A stretch of DNA of 32,000 bases from Haloferax volcanii DS2 (GTDB lineage Archaea; Halobacteriota; Halobacteria; Halobacteriales; Haloferacaceae), in the NCBI RefSeq assembly GCF_000025685.1, contig NC_013966.1, forward strand, positions 210,001 through 242,000. The letters are read 5' to 3'. Both the position numbers and the translations under genes were made by a program. The notes beneath the pieces were generated by a model. The model ran no database searches. It had not been told where the DNA came from and was given only the letters and a program-made list of their open reading frames with translations. Below, in pieces: positions 1-9,845 of the stretch (positions are counted from its first letter, which is position 1; every line of letters starts with the position of its first letter).

Positions 1-1
1 G

Positions 2-925
2 CTCGCCCAGACGGTTCACGGGCCGACCCTCAACCCCGAACGGGGTGGGTTCGCACCGTACGACAACTGGTCGTTGCTCGAACTCGCGACCGAAGACTTC
101 GAAGAATCCCGGAAGTTCGGCTTCTATCGAATCGTGGGCCACCAGTTCACCGACTCGGCCTTCGCGTATCGCGGTGACGACGAAGATGACGACTTCCGAC
201 GGGTCGTCGACCACCGCTTGATCGCCGGTGTCCCGCTCGACGCGTCGATGTTGTTCGACGAGTACCTTCGGCGATACCACGACGAATCAGAGGGTGGTGA
301 CCTCCCACCGCACCAGATTGTTGCTCAGCAGTTGGTCCACCTCGAAACCCTCTCGAGAGCGGGCTTACTGAACGGACTGGATGTTCCAATCGAACCACCA
401 ACCATGACAACCGAAACTGAAACTGAAACTGACTTCGATACCACGAGTCTCCCGGCGATCCGAGAACACAGACTCGAATCGTTCCTCGACCGGCCCCTGT
501 TCGAAGCCCCTGCACGGAGAGCGGCCGCACTCGCCGGCGTTCTCGTCGGGCAGGTGAGCTGGCACCAAGAGTCCGAACGAAACGTTGGTCGACCCCTTGA
601 CGCCCAGACAAAGGGCGACCAACTCACGAAGAACAGCCTCGAGAACGCACTCACCTCGGCACTCGAGAAAGCGAAGGTCTACGCACTCGACTCGGAGTAC
701 CGCTCTGATCGGGACATGCTGTTCCCGGAGACGGTCGATCGACTGCTCGAGACGACTGAGGACATGCCGAGTGCGTGGCCGATTGAGAAGCGTGAGCTCC
801 AGTTCTGCTACGTGTTAGGCCACGCGCATGGGCGTCGGTCTATGCCGGTTGCCTTCGACCTCCACGAAAAAGAGGATGAAGACGACCAAGACACCGAAGA
901 ACCCGCTGAGAGCACCACGAACTAA
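2..925 (+). CDS. cas8b: Cas8b (Csh1-type large subunit) of type I-B CRISPR-Cas, C-terminal part; 5' end lies outside the window
   Basis: Frame 2 is open from the window edge, and track ORF 74..925 is only the part from a TTG onward. It lies 20 nt upstream of cas7-cas5-cas3-cas4-cas1-cas2 in the canonical haloarchaeal I-B order. The call rests on synteny; I saw no diagnostic motif by eye. Confidence 0.6.
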   Translation, partial: LAQTVHGPTLNPERGGFAPYDNWSLLELATEDFEESRKFGFYRIVGHQFTDSAFAYRGDDEDDDFRRVVDHRLIAGVPLDASMLFDEYLRRYHDESEGGDLPPHQIVAQQLVHLETLSRAGLLNGLDVPIEPPTMTTETETETDFDTTSLPAIREHRLESFLDRPLFEAPARRAAALAGVLVGQVSWHQESERNVGRPLDAQTKGDQLTKNSLENALTSALEKAKVYALDSEYRSDRDMLFPETVDRLLETTEDMPSAWPIEKRELQFCYVLGHAHGRRSMPVAFDLHEKEDEDDQDTEEPAESTTN

Positions 926-945
926 TCCAACACATAACCAAACCA

Positions 946-1968
946 ATGACGACACTCAACCGATCCGAACTTCTGTTCGTTTACGACGCACAAGACTGCA
1001 ACCCGAACGGGAACCCGATTGGGGACAACCGGCCGCGCCGGGACCCTGACACCGGACAGGGGATCATCACCGACGTTCGGCTCAAGCGCTATCTCCGAGA
1101 CCAGCTCCAAGACGACGGCTTCGATATCTACGTCAAAAAGACCGAAGGACGGTCACACACGCGGACGAAACTCATCAAAGACGTCTTGGGCGGCGTCGAC
1201 GACGCCGACGACCTCGAAGACCTCGGCGACGTTGCCGAAGCGTTCCTCGATGCGGCGACTGACGTTCGGTACTTCGGGTCGACGCTCAGCTTCGAGGCGA
1301 GCGATAAAGACGAAGACGAAGCGTTCCGTGATGCGCTCAACAGTTCGCTCCCGAACAACTACCAGGGACCGGTTCAGTTCCTGCCTTCGAAGTCGCTGAA
1401 CGAGGTCGAAGAGAACGAGGAATACGACTCGCTAACGAGCGTCATCTCGACTGGGGAAGGGAATCGACAGGGCGGGTTCGACCTCGACGACAAGCGCATC
1501 AAATACGGGATTTTCCCTTTTTGGGGGCTCGTCGACAACAACGGTGCGGAGTCGACGAACCTGTCGCAGGCAGACGTCGAACGACTCGACACGCTCTGTT
1601 GGCGCGCGCTCAAGAATCAGACGACCTCGCGCTCGAAGCTCGGCCAAGAGCCGCGGCTCTACGTCCGCGTCGAGTACGAGGAGGGGAACTACCACGTCGG
1701 AGGCCTCCAGAACCTCCTCGAACTCGGTGACGACAGTAGCGAATCGTTGCGGTCGGTGAAGGACGTCGTCGTCGACGTTACCGAACTCGTCGAGACCCTA
1801 GAGCGCGTGGCAGATCGGATCGACACGCTCCACGTGGTTGGAGATGGCCGTCTGGAACTCGACATCGGTGACGAAACGATCCGTGCCGACGAATTCTGGT
1901 CGCATCTCTCCGAGGCGGGACACGACGTCCACGAGATAGACGTGCTCAACGAACGCGACCTCGCCTAA
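946..1968 (+). CDS. cas7: Cas7 (Csh2/DevR-type backbone subunit), type I-B
   Basis: The N-terminal [16 protein letters not shown] motif is typical of Csh2-family Cas7. It is 340 aa and sits between cas8b and cas5. Confidence 0.85.
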
Positions 1969-1978
1969 CGAGGCGACA

Positions 1979-2776
1979 ATGTCACCGCATATCGACGCCA
2001 ACGGCGTGCCGATCGACTGCCTCTCGTTTACCGTCCGGTCTACGTGGGGTCATTTCAAGCGCGTTGGCCGAAGCGTCACCAAGCAGACGTACCGAATCCC
2101 ACCGCGGACCACCGTCGCAGGTATGCTTGCCGCGATAGTTGGTGCAGACCGCGACTCCTACTACGACGTCTTCGGGGCCGACAATTCGGCGATTGCGATC
2201 ACGCCGCTGAGTGACCTCCGAACGGTGAACATCCCGACGACTGGACTGGGGACCGACCCCAAACAGGACGTCACCGAAACTGCGGGGAGTTGGCGGACGT
2301 ACAAGCTCACCTACCAGAATACGACGGGGGATCGACAGCTCCACTCGTACGAGGTTCTCGCGGACCCAGCGTATCGGATTGACGTCGCTCTCGAAAACGA
2401 GGAGTTCTACGACTCCCTCCGAGAGCACCTCGTGAATGGCACGTCGATTTACCCGCCGAGTTTGGGTAAGTCGGAGTACTTAGCGGTTATCGAGGACGTC
2501 GAAGTCGACCGCGAGCCCGAGGTGCAAGACATCGACGAGACGCTCGATATCGACTCGGTCGTACCGATATCTCTCTCTGAGGCGGTCCCTCAGGGAAAGG
2601 TAACCTACGGTGTCGAGCGGTCGCCGGCTGTCATGGTGCGCGAATCGGGAGGTCGCCGGACGACCCGATTCGATGACTACGTCTACGCACAGCAAGCCTC
2701 GAATCCGGTCCGTATCGGCGAACAAACCGACGTTGCGCCGGTTCAGGTTGGCGACCGGACCGTCGTCTTCCGCTAA
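1979..2776 (+). CDS. cas5: Cas5 (Cas5h-type), type I-B
   Basis: The N-terminal [20 protein letters not shown] segment is typical of Cas5. It starts 10 nt after cas7 and ends 24 nt before cas3. Confidence 0.85.
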
Positions 2777-2800
2777 CCGAACACCCTCCGTATTTTCAGC

Positions 2801-5614
2801 ATGACGTACCCACTCATATCGCATCCCGAAGCGAACGACGGCGAGCGGACGTACCCTGACGAACAGCTCACAGACGACGGGTCACTCCGGCTCACGGCGC
2901 ACAACACGGTCGTAAGCGAGTACGCAACGCGCCTCTTTCGGGGACCGGAAACACAGCGGCGATTTCTCTGTGTCGCGGCGTCACTCCACGACTTCGGGAA
3001 GGCGACACCGCAGTTTCAGGCGTATGTGAGAGACGAGTACGAGGGGCCCGAAAAAGAGAAGAATCACGCACGATTGGGCGCGCTCGCGACGTGGTTCGTA
3101 CTCGACCAACGTGACGCACCAGCGCGAGATAAGCTGGCGGCGACGTTAGCGGTCGCTCGACACCACCAAGCACTCCCGGATGCGGCACAGTACACTGCCG
3201 AATCACTCGCGGACGCATTCGAGACGTCGAACTCCGTCCTCACCGCTCAACTCGAGGCGATTAGCGAGCGGTGGCCACAGAAAGCGACCGAGTTACTCCA
3301 GCGAAGTGGGGAGACGGACAGCACGTGGGACGAGTTCAGAACGTGGGTGCAGTCGGGAACGGTGGTCGGGGAGCTACACGAGGTGAGCGCGCGCCGAGAG
3401 CTGACGGGGCCCAAGGCGACTTCGGACAAACTGCCTCGAAAGCTGTACGACCGGACCCTCCACTACTGGGCGGCGATTACGCTCGCCGACAAGAGCCACG
3501 CGATGGCAGTTCCCGAATCACACGTCTTCGATGTGGAGACGTTGGACCGAGAGACGCTCGAAGAGTACATTAGTGGCCTGCGGGCGGAGCCGCCGGACGA
3601 CGAGCTCGAACGGGCATTGAATGACGAGCGAGAGCGTGCTCGGCGACAAGCAATCGACGGGGTCCACGAGTGGCTTGGAGGGGATGCCCAGACACCACCA
3701 ATTGCGACGCTCACGCTCCCGACGGGTCTCGGGAAGACGTTTACTGGACTGTCAGCCGCATTCGAAGCGCGCGGGATACTCGAATCAGACGGCGGGCCGA
3801 CTCGTCCAATCGTGTACGCCCTGCCGTATACGAGTATTATCGAACAGACGCGCTCGATTTTCGAGAGACCCGAGCTCTGGGGTGCCGACCCGACGAAGTC
3901 CGCATTGACCGTCCACCACTATCTGAGCGAGACAGTCGTCTATCGCAACGAACGAGAGTCCGAGGACGTCGCATCAACAGACCAAGAAGAACACGCCAGT
4001 TTCCTCGGAGAAGCCTGGCGTGACGGGACGGTTCTGACGACGTTCGTACAGCTCTTCGAAAGTCTTGTGGGTCCGTCGAATCGGCAGGGGTTGAAGCTCT
4101 CGGCACTTGACGACGGACTAGTGATTCTCGACGAGCCGCAGGCACTCCCCAAGGAGTGGTGGGACGGAATTACGAGGCTCATAGAACTGCTGACCACCGA
4201 GTATCAGACGCGTGTGATCGCAATGACCGCCACCCAACCAACGCTCCTCCGAGACGTCGAAACCACGTCGCTCCTCGACGTGGGGAGAGAACACGACAAG
4301 ACAGGGTGTCTCCGATGCGAAGTCGGGCCAGACTATCCCGTCCGACTGGAACCGGCGCGAAAAGAGACGTACTTCGAAAACGCAGAGCGAGTTCGCTACC
4401 GGATAGACGAGTCTGCACTCTCGTTCCACCTTTCGGCGGACGAGCGGTATCTGAGCCACGAGACGGCGGCGGCGCGAGTCGTAGCGGCAACCGCGGCTGG
4501 CGAAGGCGGTTCGACACTTGCTATCTGCAACACAATCAACAGCTCGGCGACACTTACACAGGAGCTGTGCGGCCATGATGGAGTGACACATCTCGGAGAA
4601 GCGATCGACTCCGTACTGGGGGCAAACGACGTCGATGCGACCAAGCAAGAAAACAACGTCTCAGCAATCGTAGACGCGATACTTCGCAGGTCGGGGCTTC
4701 GGGGGGTTGATGGGGAACTATCAGTTCCGGCTGGCACCGATATCGTCGTTGCAACGCTCAATTCGAGATACCGGCCGTTCGACCGGCGGCTCCTCATCGA
4801 GATCGCCGATACGCTCTCTGGAAGTGAGATTCCGTTCGTACTGATATCGACGCAAGCCATCGAAGCGGGCGTCGACCTCAGCTTCAAGCGGGTATTCAGG
4901 GACATCGCGCCATTGGACAGCATCGTCCAAGCAGGAGGGCGGTGCAATCGGTCGTACGAGTGGGGGCGGAACGGGGGGCAGGTAGTCGTCTGGACGCTTG
5001 CCGACCCGGACGAAGAGAACCCCGGAGACCCAACAAAATCACCGCCCGCCCACTGGGTGTACGAGCGTGGTTCGAGTGATGCAGGAATCCAAACTCACCT
5101 CCAACTCATTTCGTCGATTCTGGCACAGTTCGAGGATGAGGAAGTACCAGACGCAGAGATATCACATCACGCTGTGAACGAGTACTTCGACGCACTTCGT
5201 GAAAAATCGCTCTCATCGACGAAGATTCGAACGCTCATCGATGACGCGAAGGCTGGAAAGCTCGCACGCGAATCGCTCATTGGAGGGTACCAAACGGTCG
5301 ACGTACTAGTTGCAACGACGCAAGCCGAACGAAAGCGGCTGAATGAGCTGACCGAGTTGTTCACGTCGGACGATCCAACGGACAGGTCGACAGGGTACAA
5401 GAAGTTAGAACAGGCGGCGGGAATCCGGGTGAGTCTACCGCTGAATTCCATCGAACAACTCCCGGACGTGAGCCGTGTCGATGGGAAAGAACGGAACGAA
5501 GACGGGGTCCAAGTGTTCCGCTATACTGGCACCGAAAGCCTCGAGTACGATCTGCAGACGGGGGGTCTCCGAGGAAAAGAAGACACAGTCGCAGGGCGGT
5601 TCACAACGTTCTGA
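2801..5614 (+). CDS. cas3: Cas3 HD nuclease / SF2 helicase fusion
   Basis: N-terminal HD motifs (LHDFGKATPQFQ, ARHHQ). Helicase motif I LPTGLGKT and motif II ILDEPQ. A later TQAIEAGVDL..GGRCNR helicase C-terminal region. 937 aa. Confidence 0.95.
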   Translation: MTYPLISHPEANDGERTYPDEQLTDDGSLRLTAHNTVVSEYATRLFRGPETQRRFLCVAASLHDFGKATPQFQAYVRDEYEGPEKEKNHARLGALATWFVLDQRDAPARDKLAATLAVARHHQALPDAAQYTAESLADAFETSNSVLTAQLEAISERWPQKATELLQRSGETDSTWDEFRTWVQSGTVVGELHEVSARRELTGPKATSDKLPRKLYDRTLHYWAAITLADKSHAMAVPESHVFDVETLDRETLEEYISGLRAEPPDDELERALNDERERARRQAIDGVHEWLGGDAQTPPIATLTLPTGLGKTFTGLSAAFEARGILESDGGPTRPIVYALPYTSIIEQTRSIFERPELWGADPTKSALTVHHYLSETVVYRNERESEDVASTDQEEHASFLGEAWRDGTVLTTFVQLFESLVGPSNRQGLKLSALDDGLVILDEPQALPKEWWDGITRLIELLTTEYQTRVIAMTATQPTLLRDVETTSLLDVGREHDKTGCLRCEVGPDYPVRLEPARKETYFENAERVRYRIDESALSFHLSADERYLSHETAAARVVAATAAGEGGSTLAICNTINSSATLTQELCGHDGVTHLGEAIDSVLGANDVDATKQENNVSAIVDAILRRSGLRGVDGELSVPAGTDIVVATLNSRYRPFDRRLLIEIADTLSGSEIPFVLISTQAIEAGVDLSFKRVFRDIAPLDSIVQAGGRCNRSYEWGRNGGQVVVWTLADPDEENPGDPTKSPPAHWVYERGSSDAGIQTHLQLISSILAQFEDEEVPDAEISHHAVNEYFDALREKSLSSTKIRTLIDDAKAGKLARESLIGGYQTVDVLVATTQAERKRLNELTELFTSDDPTDRSTGYKKLEQAAGIRVSLPLNSIEQLPDVSRVDGKERNEDGVQVFRYTGTESLEYDLQTGGLRGKEDTVAGRFTTF

Positions 5615-5803
5615 GCGATTACTGTTGGTGGGGGAGAATTCCTCACCACATCGAGTCACGAAGCCCTCCTCGTCGTGGGTGGGGAAGTGCCCCTGCAGAA
5701 CGATGGCCTTCCTCGGCCGGTCCACAGCAGAGAAACGAATATTAATTGACGTGATAACATCAGTCATGTCAATGATTTACTCACTGGCTAAGCAGGGTGC
5801 GAG

Positions 5804-6355
5804 ATGAGTTCAACTGACGTCGTCGAAGAATACGTCCAAGACGAACGTGATCCGAGCAGGTCCCCAAACGTACCGATTACGGGCCTCATGGTGCAGTACT
5901 ACCACGTCTGCAAACGAGAGCTCTGGTTTATGGCAAACGGCATCGATATCGACCGCGAGACAACGAACATTCAACGGGGGACACACGTCGACGAGACGAG
6001 CTATGGGACGTCCCGGCGGTCGTTTATGATCGATAATCGGATTCAGTTAGATATCTTGGATTCGGGAGACGTGATGGAGGTGAAGGTCTCTTCAGCCTTG
6101 GAAAAGCCCGCGAGGATGCAGTTGCTCTTCTACCTTTGGTACCTTCGAGAGATACACGATATCGACAAAGACGGCGTCTTAGCGTATCCAACCGAGCGAA
6201 AACGAGAATCAGTCGTACTTGATGAGACGACGACTGCAGAGGTCGAATCGACAGTTCGCGGAGTACTAGACGTGGTGGGCAGGGACTCCCCACCACAACT
6301 GGAGAAAAAACCGTACTGTGGCACCTGTCTGTACCAAGACCTCTGTTGGATGTGA
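5804..6355 (+). CDS. cas4: Cas4 RecB-like nuclease with a 4-Cys cluster
   Basis: One N-terminal Cys (YYHVCKREL) plus C-terminal CGTCLYQDLC. A D..EVK nuclease motif (GDVMEVKVSS). 183 aa, ending 3 nt before cas1. Confidence 0.9.
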   Translation: MSSTDVVEEYVQDERDPSRSPNVPITGLMVQYYHVCKRELWFMANGIDIDRETTNIQRGTHVDETSYGTSRRSFMIDNRIQLDILDSGDVMEVKVSSALEKPARMQLLFYLWYLREIHDIDKDGVLAYPTERKRESVVLDETTTAEVESTVRGVLDVVGRDSPPQLEKKPYCGTCLYQDLCWM

Positions 6356-6358
6356 CCC

Positions 6359-7354
6359 ATGACAAAAGCAAATCACCATATCTTCGCTGACGGCGAACTG
6401 TCCCGGAAGGAAGGAACGCTACGTATCGATACGCTCGAAGGGGAGACGAAGTACCTCCCAGTAGAGTCGATCGATGCGCTCTATCTCCACGGACAGATTT
6501 CGTTCAATACGCGCGCACTCGGACTCCTGAACAAGCATGGAGTACCCGTTCACATCTTCGGCTGGAAAGACTACTATCGAGGGTCGTACCTTCCAAAGCG
6601 AAGTCAGCTCTCGGGGAACACTGTCGTTGAACAAGTTCGCGCATACGATAATACGGAGCGACGCCTCCGTATCGGTCACCGAATCATCGAAGCGAGTATC
6701 CACAACATGCGAGCAAACCTCCAGTATTACTCCGGTCGGCGTGGAGACTTCGACTCCGTGGTTGAGACGCTCCGAGAGTTGAAAACTGCAGTTTCAGACA
6801 CACAGCGTATCGACGAGCTTCGAGCGGTCGAAGGAGACGCGAGAAAACGATATTACGACTGCTTCGATTCGATTCTAGAAGCGCCGTTTAGGTTGGCGAA
6901 ACGAGAGTACAACCCACCGAGTAACGAAACGAATGCACTCATCTCGTTTCTGAACGGGATGGTGTACACGAGCTGTGTGTCTGCGATTCGAAAAACGGCA
7001 CTCGACCCCACGGTCGGGTTCGTTCACGAGCCGGGCGAGCGACGATTTACACTCTCACTCGACATTGCGGACATCTTTAAACCGATTCTCGCGGACCGGC
7101 TCGTATTCCGACTCGTGAACCGAAAGCAGATTACGACCGACGACTTCGAAACAGAGCTTGCCGGCTGTCTACTTACTGAACAGGGACGGTTGACAGTACT
7201 CGAAGAGTTCGAGCGGTCGCTTGACCAGACGGTGCAACATCCACGTCTGAAGCGAAAAGTGAGCTTCAAGACGCTCATTCAGACGGACGTGTACAGTCTG
7301 AAGAAACATCTCCTGACCGGCGAGCCGTATCACGCGACGGAGAAGTGGTGGTGA
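6359..7354 (+). CDS. cas1: Cas1 integrase
   Basis: 331 aa. The GFVHEPGERRFTLSLDIADIFKP segment is typical of the Cas1 catalytic region. It sits between cas4 and cas2. Confidence 0.95.
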   Translation: MTKANHHIFADGELSRKEGTLRIDTLEGETKYLPVESIDALYLHGQISFNTRALGLLNKHGVPVHIFGWKDYYRGSYLPKRSQLSGNTVVEQVRAYDNTERRLRIGHRIIEASIHNMRANLQYYSGRRGDFDSVVETLRELKTAVSDTQRIDELRAVEGDARKRYYDCFDSILEAPFRLAKREYNPPSNETNALISFLNGMVYTSCVSAIRKTALDPTVGFVHEPGERRFTLSLDIADIFKPILADRLVFRLVNRKQITTDDFETELAGCLLTEQGRLTVLEEFERSLDQTVQHPRLKRKVSFKTLIQTDVYSLKKHLLTGEPYHATEKWW

Positions 7355-7355
7355 A

Positions 7356-7616
7356 ATGCAAGTTATCGTCGTCTACGACGTGCCCGCCAAGAGGACTCGC
7401 ATCTACCGTAAGTTGCTCCGCCGACGTTTGGAACATCTCCAGTATTCGGTCTTCTTCGGTGAGCTCACAGCAGGCCAAGTTACTGCGATGAAAAATGAAA
7501 TCGAATCCGAACTCGAACCGACGGATTCGATTGTCGTCTTCGAATTCGACAACCCTCATGCGTTCGACCACACGACGTTCGGGGATGCGGACGAACCGGG
7601 GAGTCGGTTTACCTGA
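7356..7616 (+). CDS. cas2: Cas2
   Basis: 86 aa with an MQVIVVYDV N-terminal strand carrying the conserved Asp. It starts 1 nt after the cas1 stop. Confidence 0.9.
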   Translation: MQVIVVYDVPAKRTRIYRKLLRRRLEHLQYSVFFGELTAGQVTAMKNEIESELEPTDSIVVFEFDNPHAFDHTTFGDADEPGSRFT

Positions 7617-7812
7617 ACTAAGGCACCACCTTGACAAGCGAACGGCGTCAACCGTGAGCGAGTCGGACGAGCGCGTTCGTCCGATCCAGTTCTCGAAACA
7701 CAGATACATCATTTCCGTCGACCCCCCGGGGGGTACAGGGGAATTGAGGGTCGACGGAAACGTTGATGTGAGTTCGCTATGTACAGCCGTCTACCCCCGT
7801 GAATTCGGACGG
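7617..7812 (+). promoter_or_regulatory. CRISPR leader (between cas2 stop and first repeat)
   Basis: The degenerate repeat is at the far end of the array (8537..8566), so the leader end is cas2-proximal. The leader contains hairpin 7664..7683 and a nested palindrome at 7712..7760. The promoter position itself was not identified. Confidence 0.6.
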
Positions 7813-8566
7813 GTTTCAGACGAACCCTTGTGGGTTTGAAGCTCGGGGTGGACGTTCTGCCGGGCATAGGCAATATATTGGTTTCAGACGAACCCTTGTG
7901 GGTTTGAAGCGAGCGGAGTCGATGGAAGCCGAGACGGAACAACTGTGTTTCAGACGAACCCTTGTGGGTTTGAAGCTCGGTGGTGTCGCGTATCGAATCA
8001 CACGTCTGTGGTTTCAGACGAACCCTTGTGGGTTTGAAGCCGCTGGCGTCCGAGTAATTACGCCTGCCCCGAGTGCGGTTTCAGACGAACCCTTGTGGGT
8101 TTGAAGCAGCACCTCCGTGGGAGTTGTCGATTCTATCGAAGCGGTTTCAGACGAACCCTTGTGGGTTTGAAGCTGCTAGTCGGACCGAGGGAGGAAGCCT
8201 CTCGGATCGTTTCAGACGAACCCTTGTGGGTTTGAAGCGACAACGTTCGCCACCCCGAGACGGGTAACTTCACAGGTTTCAGACGAACCCTTGTGGGTTT
8301 GAAGCTGTGGGGAACAAGCAATAGAGGACTTTGAAGGATGGTTTCAGACGAACCCTTGTGGGTTTGAAGCCGTCCGGCGACCCGAATATGTCCGTCCCCG
8401 TGCGGGTTTCAGACGAACCCTTGTGGGTTTGAAGCGGCGACAACGACGGCAACCTCGAAGTCTGCGCCGCCTGTTTCAGACGAACCCTTGTGGGGTTGAA
8501 GCGGCACCTACGACCGCCGCTACAACGACGACCCGCGTTTCAGGCGAACCTGTGTGGGATTAAATC
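7813..8566 (+). CRISPR. CRISPR array: 12 x 30-nt repeats (GTTTCAGACGAACCCTTGTGGGTTTGAAGC) and 11 spacers of 34-38 nt
   Basis: Repeats start at 7813, 7881, 7947, 8011, 8078, 8144, 8209, 8276, 8341, 8406, 8473 and 8537. Repeats 1-10 are identical. Repeat 11 has GGGG in place of GGGT. Repeat 12 is degenerate (gtttcaggcgaacctgtgtgggattaaatc). The orientation would give an 8-nt TTTGAAGC 5' handle, as in Cas6b-processed I-B crRNAs. Confidence 0.97.
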
Positions 8567-8612
8567 GAAAACTCGTCGGGACGAAAACACCCGAAAGAAA
8601 CAGACTCGGGCG

Positions 8613-9671
8613 CTACGCCGCCTCGGCGTACATCGCCACCAGCTCGTCCGCGTTCGACTGCCACGAGTAGCGCTCTTCGATGGCCGAGCGGTTCGTCCGA
8701 CCCATGCGGACGGCTTCCGCGGGGTCGGAGACGAGTCGGGCGAGCGCCCGCGCCAGTTCCTCGGCGTCGCCGGGTGCGACGAGAATCCCGCGGTCGTCGG
8801 TGATGACCTCGGGGATACTGCCGACGGGGGTGGTCACGATGGCGTTTCCGCCGGCCATGCCTTCGAGCATGGCGATGGGAAGCCCCTCGGCGTAGGTCGG
8901 GAGGACGAACACGGTGCCGCGGCTGAGGAGGTCGCGCTTGTCTTCCTCGGAGAGGAAGCCGAGGTACGAGACGTTGTCGTGGGCGGCGGCGACCGCCTCG
9001 GCGCGGTCGGCGTGGGGGCCGCGGCCGCCGATGCTCACTTCGAAGTCGAGCCCCGGCGTCGATTCGAGTCTCTCGACGGCGTCGAGGAACTCGCGGATGC
9101 CCTTGCGGTCGATGAGGTTCGAGACGAAGACGAGGTGGACGGGGTCGGTCGGGTACGTCGGGTCGTACTCCGCGGGTTCGACGGCGTTGGCCATGACGTG
9201 GACCTTCTCCTCGCCGGCGAGTCGGGAGACGAGGCCGCGCCAGTACTCCGAGAGGACGACCACGTCGTCGACGGCGTCGAAGACGAGCGACTGGAGTCGG
9301 CGGACGACCCGCGAGTCGGTGGCGAGGAAGTCGTCGAACGACGAGCCGTGGATGTGGAAGACGACGGGGACGCCCCAGACGTACTTCGAAAACAGGGCGA
9401 AGAACGCCGCGCGGTAGAACGAGTAGGTGTGCGACGAGTGGACGTGGACGATGTCCGGGCGTCGCTGGAAGGGAAACAGAGCGACCGCAATGAGCGACGA
9501 GAGGAGCATTCGCGCGGCGAGTTCGAGTCCCTCGCCCTTCGGCGCGGTGTAGCGCGTGTAGACGCGCACGTCCATCCGGTCTTCGAGGTAGCGGCGCTGT
9601 TCGGTGATGTATCGGTCGATGCCGCCGGTGCCTTTCGGGCCGACGATGAGGAGTGTTTGCTTGGGCTTCAT
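8613..9671 (-). CDS. Glycosyltransferase, GT4 (GT-B fold) family
   Basis: 352 aa. N-terminal LLIVGPKGTGGIDRY. C-terminal PTYAEGLPIAMLEGMAGGNAIVTT (E-x7-E motif region), typical of GT4 enzymes. Confidence 0.85.
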   Translation of the reverse strand: MKPKQTLLIVGPKGTGGIDRYITEQRRYLEDRMDVRVYTRYTAPKGEGLELAARMLLSSLIAVALFPFQRRPDIVHVHSSHTYSFYRAAFFALFSKYVWGVPVVFHIHGSSFDDFLATDSRVVRRLQSLVFDAVDDVVVLSEYWRGLVSRLAGEEKVHVMANAVEPAEYDPTYPTDPVHLVFVSNLIDRKGIREFLDAVERLESTPGLDFEVSIGGRGPHADRAEAVAAAHDNVSYLGFLSEEDKRDLLSRGTVFVLPTYAEGLPIAMLEGMAGGNAIVTTPVGSIPEVITDDRGILVAPGDAEELARALARLVSDPAEAVRMGRTNRSAIEERYSWQSNADELVAMYAEAA

Positions 9672-9788
9672 GGGTTGGTTCTGCGGGTCGTGGTCGGTGA
9701 ATCGCGAATCCGACTCCGAGTCACGGGACGCGTCGAGGCGGGCGCGAGCGCGCGCCGGTCGATACGCGAAAATTGGAGGGTTCGACGG

Positions 9789-9797
9789 TTAGTTATG
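9789..9797 (-). promoter_or_regulatory. ATAAC(A/T)A box copy (CATAACTAA on minus strand), 118 nt upstream of the GT4 gene ATG
   Basis: Differs by one nucleotide from the CATAACAAA motif and is sense-oriented to the downstream gene. Confidence 0.35.
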
Positions 9798-9845
9798 GGT
9801 CGATTGACCGTCTTCGGGGGAGAGGGGAGTGCCGAGCGGCATCGA

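Noticed and set aside
933-942. cataaccaaa, a near-match to the CATAACAAA box, 4 nt upstream of the cas7 ATG
   Set aside because: It has one mismatch and is too close to the start codon to act as a promoter box. It lies inside a tightly packed operon, so I did not count it as a motif copy.
5435-5807. ORFs 5435..5767 (-) and 5475..5807 (+) covering the cas3-cas4 gap
   Set aside because: Both overlap the cas3 3' end and have a basic/Ser-Cys-rich, non-halophilic composition. I recognise no motifs. The gap is better explained as regulatory.
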